Counted from the first letter of the stretch, positions 1-11,701 are shown. The stretch: DNA of 25,691 bases from Macrostomum lignano (GCA_002269645.1 NIVC01005120.1:1-25691); one strand, 5' to 3'. The notes: generated from the letters alone by a model not told the origin. Numbers and translations are program-made.

Positions 1-402
1 TTGATAATTGAGCCAACCGGCGCTGGACAAACAAAACAGTTTGAGAAGGACGATCGAGAGAGGTGAGCGAGTTGGGGTGAAGCGTTTTAAATGAGCCGAC
101 TGACTCAGCATGCACAGCAAAATGCCCAGTGAGCACTAGAGCTCGACCCAGCCCGACCGAGCTATCCATAGGCCAGTGGGGTTGACCTGTCCAGCATCAC
201 GTGCTGTGTGGATATACACTGGCCACTCTTGAGCTCTGACCGAGCTGCTTAGCCAGTGCATTTCCATTACTCTTCGTTGTCGCTATATTAGCTCTGAGCA
301 ATTTTACAATGCTTCACCTCTCTGAGCACAAAGGCTAGTGGTCAATTGCTTCAAAACTTGCTTGTGTGCTACAACGCAGCAAGGTGCAGAAGCGGCTTCA
401 TC

Positions 403-1737
403 ATGCAGCTTCACTTACCGCCTATGCCAAGTAACTATTTTGATAAGCAGTTTCTGCCTACTCAAGGATACCACCTGGGCGACGATGTCAAACTAATCAG
501 CTGCGACATGAAGCCAGATATGGTTGAGCAAGTTGTCGGATCGGCCAGAGAGATTCTCAGTCGCAGAATTGTTAACGAACAGGTGAGGATTGAGGACGCG
601 AAATAAGTTAGCTTTAATATAGAGTGAATTAAGAATAAAAAAGATGTATTAGAAAGGATTCGAATTAAATCTTTTGGTGGTCCGATTAATTCTATGTGTA
701 GTGTTTTGTGTGTGGTGATTTTTATACAGCTACATGGCTACATGTGCATGTACAATTGTACACCTGTAAATCCATATTTTTCTATAGCGGGTCAATCTAA
801 ATGTAGCACAGATAGTTTTTTATTACTGCTATTACATGTCACTCAGCATGAGAGTGCTAAAAGATCAATAGCACTAATGTTGCCCCATGACTACAAAGAG
901 GATCAAAAGGGGAATGGAAGTGAAAGAGGACAAAGTTAGAAGATGAAAGGAGAACAAGACAAAGGAAAAGAGAAGCCAAAAAACTGATCAAGGTGATCTT
1001 TGAGATGCCTGGTTCTAGAAAACGGCTGGCTTGATACCAGGATTAGCTAGTGCTGCAGGTAGAGCATTCCATAATTTACTGTAATTGTAATAAATCACTG
1101 CTTCTGTTCTAGAAGAAGGAACTTGAAGGAGTAGCTTTGCTGTATGTTGTTATCTCCGTTCTGGAGACCATAGTATGACTTCATAGTGTGAGTTCAAATT
1201 TTCTCTTCTTGTCTGAATAGGCTTTGAACGGCAGGGTGTTAACTGTCGAAATGCTTGCGATAGTCCAGGGCGGGTTTACTGAGCATTCTGACAGCTCAAA
1301 CGGGCCTGGCTCTTGCGTCACCAGACAAGACGATTATAAAGTCAGGGCAGCTGTACACCCTGTGTGAGCGTGTGCATGAGTACAGCATCAGTGCGCTTGC
1401 ATGTGCTCAGGGGACAGCTGGTTGTGAGACGATGTCTCAAAAGGCGTCGGGACAGGGTGCCCGCAGACCGACAGATAATAATCGTTTTTTTCTGTCTGCG
1501 GAACTTTTCTAGAGTCTCAACAACTATTTCGTGCACCCAACTCAATTCAAGATTCTTCCTCGCGAGCTCAAGGAGGAGCTGGACGAGAAATTCGGCCACA
1601 ACTGGCAAGTGGTGGTCACTTCAGGCCAGTTCTGGGCCTGGTTCACCCACCTCGCTGGCTACTGCGTGGTGTTCAAGCTGCAGAGGTATTGCTTTCTGGT
1701 GTGGCGTACCAAGACTTGTTATTACAGAAAAAGTTGA
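403..1737 (+). CDS. Divergent dynein light chain LC8/type-1 family protein, join(403..582,1513..1737), 134 aa
   Basis: Exon 1 encodes VKLISCDMKPDMVEQVVGSAREIL (LC8 beta1/alpha1-like) and ends at CAG|GTGAGG (583, phase 0). Acceptor ttttctag|AGT at 1512/1513 follows a pyrimidine tract and joins in frame to ...ELKEELDEKFGHNWQVVVTSGQFWAWFTH...VFKLQRYCFLVWRT, matching the LC8 pattern KKEFDKKY.PTWHCIVG..FGSYVTH...F.L....LLFKS. The start could alternatively be ATG 424. Confidence 0.85.
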
Positions 1738-1772
1738 AAAATGAATGCAACAACTACCTCACTGTGCTATGC

Positions 1773-2116
1773 GGGGGCGTCGCCATGGAGTTTATGGTGG
1801 GGGGACAAAACCAACAACTCTACATGTACATGTACATAATTTTCAGAATCGGTGTTGTCAGCGCTCAATTGACGCCATAGGCACTCATTTAAGCGCCGCA
1901 GTCACTCATTTAAGCGCCGCAGGCACTCATTTAAGCGCCGAAGGCACTCATTTAAGCGCCGCAGGCACTATTTTCTGTCACCCTGAAACAAAATTATTGA
2001 TTTTAAAAACGGGTCATGAGGTTGGGGGGGAGGGGGACAAAGCATTGGCATGTCCCCAGCTTTTACTAGGGGGGGGGGACATGTCCCCCCTGTCCCCTCC
2101 CGGTGGCGACGCCCTG
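1773..2116. mobile_element. Non-autonomous DNA transposon (MITE; hAT- or MULE-like by TSD length)
   Basis: Perfect 11-bp TIR gggcgtcgcca (1775-1785) / tggcgacgccc (2104-2114). Flanking direct repeat tgctatgc at 1765-1772 and 2118-2125 (9 bp with one mismatch: gtgctatgc/atgctatgc). Internal 18-bp palindrome ggggggacatgtcccccc (2073-2090). Confidence 0.7.
1880..1969. repeat. 21-bp tandem repeat, ~4.3 copies, inside the MITE
   Basis: Unit ggcactcatttaagcgccgca at 1880, 1901, 1922, 1943 with single substitutions, plus a partial copy. Confidence 0.95.
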
Positions 2117-3397
2117 ATGCTATGCTTTTAATAATTTTTGCCTCGGTTATTTTTAAAATTTTATGTAAACTGAATATGCTCCTGTACAATGCTGCAGTTT
2201 GGCTAGCTTTTCTTGTTTTTGACCTTTGCACGATGTTCTAAGTACGCTCTTACTACTATTAGTATTGATATATTAAATTAAGTCGAAATAATTACGACAG
2301 TAGAAACTGTTTACCAGTCTTCATGACTTTCAGTTTTATATTTCTTTGCGTACATTTCGGAATTAAGAAACTGAAAAGTGCTGCATTAGAACGGTAGCTC
2401 CAAAGCTTTTCTTGCTAAGTTTTGTATGCCGGTGCCAAAAAAGTACTGTTGACAGGTATTTTGATGTTTATCAACATCTATAAACTGAGTTTTGGTTATC
2501 TTGTAACTTGAACTTCTGAAAAACACATTTTAATGCATATGATCGAATGCTAATTTTATTCAAAGCTCGTAAAAATCGTTCGTTATATATTTTTATTTCT
2601 GTATGGAGCCAAACATCATTTATTAAACAAATCACAGCACTGCAAACAAGGTTAGTCAGAATGATGTTTAAAATTTTGTGGACAGAATCTCGCTGGCTAC
2701 GGTGAATTCGAGTCAAAAAATTCCAGCAAATCGTCATCAGGAAAATGTAGCAAAAGTGGGAACAATGTTTTTGTCTTTCATTTTGTAAGAAATCTATATA
2801 GATTAACAAAATAAAAAGCTGTGAAAAGTACGTATACATTACGGTATGCTAGCCATAGCTACTGTCATATAATTTAAAAAACAGGAAGAAAAAGTGAATA
2901 GTGAAAGTGACACAGAAAAATGTTCAGCATTTAAAACACTACAAAAAGCTAAACTATTTTTAGTCGTGGCTACTAAAAACTACAGCAGATGGTGGAAATC
3001 GTTATATTATTTTTACCGTCTAAAGCTGAAACTAAAACTAAAACTAAAACTAACGGAATTTTTTTGTTAATTTTGTCGTCCTTTTTGATTTGCATGTAAA
3101 AGTAGCATCTAGCTAGTTGTAGATGATGTAGTGGAGCCCCTGTCTATCACAGGCTCATTTCTCTCATGAGAAATTTTACTTTGATTTATAGAAACGATGG
3201 CACTTCGGTATTTGCGTAGACCCTCATCCTTAATGATCAATTTAGTAAAAAATATCTTCATGATTTTAATTATTGGGGTATAGTTGTCACTAAAAGTTTT
3301 TGCAATAATAAAAATTGATAAGTTTTGATAAGATAACTTTCAAAAATCTTTTCTGGTGTAAAAAAGCAAGCGAATCTTTAGCGAATCAGAGCTATCT

Positions 3398-6300
3398 TTA
3401 AGATGATTCGACTTTTTCTAGGCCATCTGGGGCAGCTTCTGGTTCATTATCAAAGTCTCGCTTTCGATGGAAATTGGCCTTTCTATTCTTCTTTCGCTTG
3501 CTGAGAATCTCTTCCATTGACTCGATTTTGGTCTCCAGCCGTTGCAGATATTCAACCAGGTTTTGGCTCGCGGTGGCAGAAACATTTACTGCGTGCGACT
3601 TCAGTATCTCAGTATCGCTCTTGTTTCGCGTTATTTCGTTTAATAATTTCGGTCGAATTTCACGAAAAATAGCCGCTTGAAATTTTAAGAACTCCAGATA
3701 ATCTTCCGGGTATTGTGATTCCTGACTCCAGTAGCCCCTCTGCAACGAAGATTTGTTAATATAAACTAATGAGACAAGCAAGACAATAAAATATTCAATT
3801 TTACAAGTTTCGTGCTTATTCAATACAGTAGAGGAAAAAATCTAGTTTATTCCATTATAATCCGTCCTGTAGGTGGAGACAAGGGTCGTGACTGCCCTCT
3901 CAGCACAATGATCTACAGGATCTCCCAGAATTATGTGACAACCTTAGAAAAAGATCCTGACCGCACCTACTGGCTACATCTAGAACAAAATTCAAAATAT
4001 TCCGTGGGAGCCTTACCGGTTTATGTCCAACTTTTGATCTTCGAATATGCTGCTTCTTGCATCGGATTATTATTCTGATCGGATATTCCAGAAAAGAAAA
4101 TGGAGGCGGCAAAAAACTGATGTTCTTGTACTCCTGCAGCATTTCATAGTACGTCCTCCTCCAGATTCCCAAAGCCCTGCTGTGCTTTCTGATCACAGTG
4201 AGGTTGAACCGAGCTATCAACAGATTGAGCATGACAATATTAGACAGAGTCAAGAACACGAACATGAACAGGTTGTTAAACCAGCCGAAGCCGTCTGGAT
4301 GGGCAACTCGGCCCACATCCTGGCTTTCAGTACTACTGGTTGTTTCAAATCCGATCTTGTCAAAGTTTGTGAACAGCAGGTGAAAGGGCAGTGTCAATAT
4401 CTGCACGGTAGCATTCAACCTGTATTCCGTTGTGTTTGTTTTCGATGACAAAGCTGCGACGACTGGGAACAATAAATTGAAAAAAAACACCCCAAAAGAG
4501 TAGAAAATCACCAGCTGAATCAGTAAGAAAGGAACCAAATCCTTCAAGAGCAGGCTCTTAAGCATCGAGATGACCGGTCCAGTTTTTTGAAAACGATTGA
4601 GGAATGACACTGAACGAAATCCCCACAGCAGAAACGAGGTGGTCAGAATCATCTGGCAGACGTATTGTGTTTGTGGAGAAACAAACCATTGCGTTTCCAG
4701 CAGCTGTGCATTGTTGCGATTAAAAAAGCAAAAATCATTTTTTAAGTCACGGTTCGCGGGAAAGCACGTAAGCCAAAGTTTCAGTGATAAACCGGCCCAC
4801 ATGAAAAGAAGGGCCGACATGTCTAAATAATTCTGGACTTCCTTCAGGTACTTGTTGCAGTGACGGAATCCGCAAAGCGAGACTCGCCTATTTTGCCTGA
4901 GAAATTCATTAACTTCCTGCATTGTCAGCGAAGCAGCGTATGCAAGCATCACAACATCCGGCGACCAATACTGGAACGTTGTTCGAAAATCCACAATGTA
5001 CCAAGCAAAGTAAAGCATAAACACAATGAACCCCACTAGATGACACCAAAAGCGTTGATTCGGGGTATAGACCTTCCCTTTGCCTAATGTGCTACAACTT
5101 TCGGATGTCACTTTGTTGCTTTTTTTCAACCGATTGTGCCATTCCTCATAAACCAGATTGTGCACGCAGTCTGTTGCAAACAGATCATCGACAAAGGCCT
5201 CCTCGACCATTTCCATCACGGTGCGAACTTCAGTTTCCACTTTATCACTACCATCACTACTGAACTGTTTGACACAACAGCAGCTTTCCAATTTTTGCAC
5301 ACTGGCCGTAGACCGCCGACAAGGAAATCTCGGTCCCTGTTCTTCAGGCGGCGTGCCTTTGTCACAAAGCGTACCGCGCATGTAATTCATTAAAAGTTTT
5401 TTTTCTTTTCTATTTGCGCTATTGAAGAGTCCATCGAGTGCGTTTACAGCAATGTCAACCACTTTATTGTACAACTGTTGCAAGTCCTTGTTTTGGGAAG
5501 CTCCTCTAGCACCATAAAGGAGTGGCTTCAGAATGATCAGTACGCTCGTGCATGCAGGGATTAGTTCAAACTGCCTAGTAGCCAATAAATCAGGCAGAAT
5601 TTTTCGTGATATCTTTTTCTTTTTTGCGTCGTCAACATGGATTGCTGCATCTATGATTTCTAGCTCAGAGTATCCAGTTTTTGGTTCTCTTAATAAACCT
5701 TCGTACTCTTTATTGGTGAACTTCATTTGCTGCAAAAACTTTTTCTCTTCTTCATCATTAATCATGTTCAAGCAGAAGGCGCTACGTAGAATCATAGGGC
5801 TGTCCATTTCAAACGCCTGAATAAGAAGTGCCAATGACCGATCGACTCCATTGTCACGTTTCTCAATTATGCCTTCGCAAATCTGTCTTGCTGCCGATCT
5901 GTCCGGTAGAATCAGTCCCCTCTTCTTTGGATCAATCAGACTGTATTTTTCGGATACTTCTAGTCTTATCGGAAAAGTATCTAACTTTTGCTTAACTTGA
6001 TCCAAGCTATAATTTTCCATTGCGAAACCGATGCAGGTCCAGCCGCGATCAGTTTCGTGGGCTAGTTGCAAGCCTTTTTTTTTTAGGTACTTGATATTTG
6101 CTCTATGCTCAGCCCTGGAGGCAAAGTGCAAGCAGGTAGCGCCTTTGTGTATTCCACCAGTGACTGTGAGGCGCAGTAAGTCATGGGGTGACAATTGCGA
6201 CAATTTACCAAGCGGCTCCACCAATTCCTTCAGTTCCTGGCTGCTCGAGAACGCGTGTATAGCATGCACACCGTTTGAATTCGACAGAATTCGCGCAATA

Positions 6301-8921
6301 AATAGCATTTCCCCAGCTTCTTGCTCCTGTAGAATGCCTTTCAATACGGCTTTGATCGGAACACCCGAGTTGGCGGCACACAAAAAACTGAGGCCTGTTT
6401 TGTTCAACGCGTACTTGCTAACTTTTTTACCAATCAAGGCTTTAATAGCGTCAATGTAGTGTTGCCATTTACTTTCAGAAATCTGTCTGTTAGGCTGGAA
6501 CAGGGAATGAAGCAGGGTGTTCTCTTCAGAGTCTGTTTCCCTGAATAGTCTCATTATTTCGCTATTTTTCTTTGTGTCTTTTTTTATATTTAAATGTTCA
6601 ATAAGTGGTCTGACAGTTTTGGGATTTTTCACGGCTAGATGCAAAACCGACTGTCCTTCAAAGTTTTTCCAGCCAAGACATTTCGGTATTTCTCGTAACA
6701 GCCAGAAAAATACGTCTTCTTTTTCTTTGCAGTTGTCAGCAGCAATATGAGCGACTGAGTTTCCCCATGAGTCCCTGCGCGAAAGATTCTTCTCAAGATG
6801 CGTCTCTTTTACTTCAGTTAACACATTGATCATATATGTAGGATCGCAGTAACGTATGGAAATCTGGAATAACGAAATTCCAAAGTCGTTTTTCCAACTG
6901 AGGCAACCCAGTCCAAACGTTTGAATTATTGAATGAATTATTTTTGAATTTTCTTCCGGTGTTGCTTTGGACTTTTCTTCCGGTGTTGCTTTGGACTTTT
7001 CTTCCGAGTTTGCATTAGAACTCGATCGTTCTAGCTTCTTAATGCTCTCATATTCTTTGCTCAGAAGTTTCGAATAGAATCGATCAATCTTTTTCAGCCT
7101 CGCTAACAGAACTAGATTATTCCAATTAGAAGCAGCTACATCGAAAACTGTTTCTCCATGGTTATTTCGCCAACTGAGGCACCTGGGTCCTATTTCTGTT
7201 TGCGTTTCCCAGAATTTTAATGTTGCTTCGTGGCTGGGGTTTCTTGCCAAGCAGTGCATCACAGTGTCTCCGCGGATGTCTTTCCATTGCCAACTGTCAA
7301 TGCCGGCCTTTCCAGTGAGCTTCTGTACGGTAGCTAGACTGTAGTTCTCCGCTGCCACGTGGAGAATGGATTTCTTTTTATAGTTCTTAAGATCCAAGCT
7401 CAACAAGCTTGTGAAGATACTGGCGACATTCTGATTGTCTATTTTTTCCAACATCAATCTTTCCGCTTTAGGGTTTTGGGCCACGTAGTGCCAAATTGTG
7501 TTGCCTTCACTGTCCAGTTCCGCTTCAGCATTGCCATCTATGAATTGCTCAAACACATCATCGGGTTCGCAATTCGCTGCCAAGAGCTGCAGTACAGTTT
7601 GACCTGCCTGATTTTTCTTGTACAGATTCCAGTGTGAAACATCAGCTGATGTCAATTGTATCGCCTTATTTCTGGCCAAAAAGTGCATGATAGTATCACC
7701 GTGGGCATCCATCATGCCTAGGCCTGTCAACTCGGCATTGGTTTTGAGTTCATTAAACGTCTCTTTGCTGCAGTTCTCAGCTGCAACATGTAATACAGTT
7801 TGGTTAAAGTTGTTTACAGAAAGCAGATACCGCTTTTCACCGAATTGCTTTTTGTCCACAAGAAAGTATTTAGAGGCAACTTCGTTTCGAGCAATACAAT
7901 GCAAAACTGTATTGCCATTTTTGTCCTTCATAAGCGCCCTAGCAACTCGGGTACTCGGGTCATTCGACAATAGCGTGTTCAAAACCTCGAAGTCGCAGTT
8001 TTGTGCAGCAACGTGCAGTACTGTTTCTCCTAGAGAATTGCTTTCATTTATTAACACTGCGCCAATATGTTCTTCAAGCATCGTGAAAATATCTGGCGTT
8101 GCTTTCTTATTCTTTGCCAAGTAATGCCAGACTCTGTTAAGGCCAGAATCTTTCCAGCTAGCAAAATGATAGCCGGCTGCTTGTAGGAACTCTTGGACAG
8201 TCTCTGAATCATAATTTTGCGCCAAGATGTGCAAAACAATTTGATTTTCACGGTTAGGGATACCCAGCCAGTAATAGGCTGACTGTCCGTTAGAAATTGC
8301 AGCTCGAATAGCCTTTTTCATGCTTTCGTTTCTCGCAGCATAATGAAGAATGCTATCGCCTCTCGAGTCTGACCTTTTCAAAGAATTCAACTTTGTGTCG
8401 AGCAGCTGGCAGCAATAACGTAAGGGCTCCTCTGAGACATCTTTGTTTCTTGCAGCGCAGAGTAATACGGCATTACAGGCAACAATGTCTCTAATTTTAC
8501 CTGAGACCCGGTAAAGATTTTTTTCAAATTGTTTTTCAGTGTGACACCGAGCAGAAAGGTGCAATGGAGTGACTCCGTCTTCATCAGGAGTTAACAGGCA
8601 TTCGTAGCCAACTTTATCAACGATAAGATCGAGTGCTTTCTCCCCATCAGGGCAACCGGCGGCGTAGTGGACTGCGGTCCTATTGACGCTGTCAAGTCCA
8701 ATCAGATCTTCGATTTCAGATTCTTCGGTTGTGTTGCTTCGAATAAATTCAATCGCGTCAGTGAACTTCCGATCACGCGTCCGTTTTAGAAGTTCCGTTG
8801 GGCGTTGAAAATCTAGCGGACCCGCTGCGCCAAATCCACACGTGAACACTTGCTCAACCAGCTCCAAAACTGTTTCATCTTTGTCCATAGGCCTATTTTT
8901 TCCGTCAGATTGCTGAGCCAT
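3398..8921 (-). CDS. TRP-family cation channel with ~23 N-terminal ankyrin-like repeats and a TRPM-like transmembrane/TRP domain; complement(join(3398..3739,4017..8921)), ~1748 aa
   Basis: The 1673-aa ORF carries repeated D/N-xxG-x-T-V-L-H-x-A-A motifs, a pre-S1 motif (LFATDCVHNLVYEEW), six hydrophobic segments, S4-S5 linker GPVISMLKSLLLKDLVPFL, S6 NIVMLNLLIARF and TRP domain IWRRTYYEMLQEYKNISFLPPPF. Donor CCG|GTAAGG (4017/4016) and acceptor ttgcag|AGG (3740/3739) give a phase-0 277-bp intron that joins the 3398..3823 ORF, which has a C-terminal coiled coil (LVEYLQRLETKIESMEEIL). Confidence 0.9.
6949..7006 (-). repeat. In-frame 24-bp tandem duplication within the TRP exon (EEKSKATP x2 + EENSK)
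   Basis: ttttcttccggtgttgctttggac is repeated exactly at 6949-6972 and 6973-6996, then partially. Confidence 0.95.
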
Positions 8922-9075
8922 TTTTTGGTTCTGGAATCGGCCCGGATGACCCCTCGACGCTGGACTGTCTGGTAAAGTTGATTAAAAATTGCAGTATTCA
9001 AAATCACTAAAAACAAAAACAGACATGTAAGATAAGATATGAAGATGAGAACTGAGTTAAAATTGTAAAAAAAAC

Positions 9076-9438
<363 letters not shown>

Positions 9439-9668
9439 CTTCTCAAGAGCTTCTTTAAGAAAGGCCCTACTTTGCACATGAGCTGCGCAGCACACCAACT
9501 CTTATTCTTTGGCCTTCAAGCCTACATGTACTGAAGTGTAAAAACTCTGTAGGACTTCGCTCAGTCTTAAAGCAAATATAAAGTAAGTCGTTTGAAACAG
9601 TGTAACACAGCGGGAATGCTCTCTTCAGGCTTACAGCTAATTGTTTAGCTGTTACAGCTAACAGCTTA

Positions 9669-11405
9669 CACCAAGAGACAGGGGCGCCCACCAAGAGACA
9701 GGGGCGCCCACCAAGAGACAGGGGCGTCCACCAAGAGACAGGGGCGCCCACCAAGAGACAGGGGCTCGCACTTAAAGACAGAGGGTCCCACCAAGAGACG
9801 GGCGCCCACCAAGAGACAGGGGCGCCCACCGAGAAACAGAGGCGCCCACCAAGAGACAGGGGCGCCACCAAGAGACAGGGGCGCCCACCAAGAGACAGGG
9901 GCGCCCACCAAGAGACAGGGGCGTCCACCAAGAGACAGGGGCGCCCACCGCCCACTAAGAGACAGGGGCTCGCACTTAAAGACAGAGGGTCCCACCAAGA
10001 GACGGGCGCCCACCAAGAGACAGGGGCGCCCACCGAGAAACAGAGGCGCCCACCAAGAGACAGGGGCGCCACCAAGAGACAGGGGCGCCCACCAAGAGAC
10101 AGGGGCGCCCACCAAGAGACAGGGGCGCCCACCAAGAGACAGGGGCGCCCACCAAGAGACAGGGGCGCCCACCAAGAGACAGGGGCGCCCACCAAGAGAC
10201 AGGGGCGCCCACCGCCCACTAAGAGACAGGGGCTCGCACTTAGAGACAGAGGCTCCCACCAAGAGACGGGCGCCCACCAAGAGACGGGGGCGCCCACCGA
10301 GAAACAGAGGCGCCCACCAAGAGACAGGGGCGCCACCAAGAGACAGGGGCGCCCGCCAAGAGACAGTGGAAGCCACCAAAAGACAGGGGCGCCCACCGAG
10401 AGATAGAGGCGCCCACCAAAAGAAAGGGGCGCCCACCTAAGAGACAGGGGCGCCCACCAAGAGACAGGGGCGCCCACCAAAAGACAGGGGCACCCACCAA
10501 GAGACAGGGGCACCCACCAAAAGACAGGGGCACCCACCAAAAGACAGGGGCACCCACCAAGAGACAGGGGCACCCACCAAAAGACAGGGGAACCCACCAA
10601 AAGACAGGGGCGCCCATCAAGAGACATAGGCGCCCACCGCCCACAAAGACACAGGGGCGCCCACCGAGAGACAGAGGCGCCCAGCAAAAGACAGGGGCTC
10701 CCACTAAGATAGAGAGGCTCCCACCAAGAGACGGGCGCTCAACAAGAGACAGGGGCGCCCACCGAGAAACAGAGGCGCCCACCAAGAGACAGGGGCGCCC
10801 ACCAAGAGACAGGGGAACCCACCAAGAGACAGGGGCTCGCACTTAGAGACAGAGGCTCCCACCAAGAGACGGGCGCCCACCAAGAGACAGGGGCGTCCAC
10901 CAAGAGACAGGGGCGCCCACCGCCCACTAAGAGACAGGGGCTCGCACTTAGAGACAGAGGCTCCCACTGAGAGACAAGGGCGCCCACCAAAAGACAGGGG
11001 TCGCCCACAGCCGACCAAGAGACAGGGGCGCCAAACAAGAGACAGGTGCGCCTACCAAGAGGCAGGGGCGCCCACCAAGAGACAGGGGCGCCAACCAAAA
11101 GACAGGGGTGCCAAACAAGAGACAGGGGCGCCAAACAAGAGACAGGGGCGCCCACCAAGAGACAGGGGTGACCTCCAAGAGACAGGGGCGCCAACCAAAA
11201 GACAGGGGTGCCAAACAAGAGACAGGGGCGCCAAACAAGAGACAGGGGCGCCCACCAAGAGACAGGGGTGACCTCCAAGAGACAGGGGCGCCAACCAAAA
11301 GACAGGGGCGCCAAACAAGAGACAGGGGCGCCAAACAAGAGACAGGGGCGCCCAGCAAGAGACAGGGGTGACCTCCAAGAGACAGGGGCGACCACCAAGA
11401 GACAG
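9669..11405. repeat. GC-rich ~20-bp minisatellite (consensus ccaccaagagacaggggcgc), ~85-90 units, with higher-order structure
   Basis: Continuous tandem units with variants and no unique spacers. The marker variant ggggctcgcactta recurs at 9761, 9965, 10229, 10832 and 10937. A 5x20 = 100-bp higher-order unit repeats three times at 11081-11380. Confidence 0.97.
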
Positions 11406-11701
11406 CGATCGATCATTAAAAAAAGTATTGTAGTGCTTAAGCGGAGACTTAAGTCTACAGAGTACAGTAGAGCATGTCCAACCATAACACTTTTGTTTGA
11501 GATTAAGTAGATAATCAAGGAGCAATACATCAATACATAAAAAATCAAGGAGCTGGGCACTTACCTAGTCCCGTTCACTCTTTGCAGCTCAGTAACCAGG
11601 AGTTATTTTGTTGTCTAAGCCTTGGACTTTGTCCGAGAAATCCTGCCTTGCCGCTACGACTCCGAGAAAACTGCTGTATATTTATCTGCATCAAAGGATA
11701 G

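Noticed and set aside
1342-1744. ORFs 1342..1608 and 1364..1744
   Set aside because: They overlap DLC intron 1 and exon 2 in other frames and show no homology signal.
3900-4016. C-terminus of the 1673-aa ORF as given in the track
   Set aside because: It lies after a consensus donor; splicing to 3739 gives a better channel-like tail with a coiled coil.
4047-8584. Many 60-170-aa ORFs overlapping the TRP exon
   Set aside because: Antisense or alternate-frame shadows of a long coding exon; no recognisable motifs.
9669-11405. CRISPR-like appearance of the regular repeat
   Set aside because: Units are directly adjacent with no unique spacers, there are no cas genes, and the context is eukaryotic.
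9467-11560. Long ORFs (up to 406 aa) in several frames across the 20-bp array
   Set aside because: The repeat unit lacks stop codons; the translations are permutations of LLVGAPVSWWAP with no domain signal.
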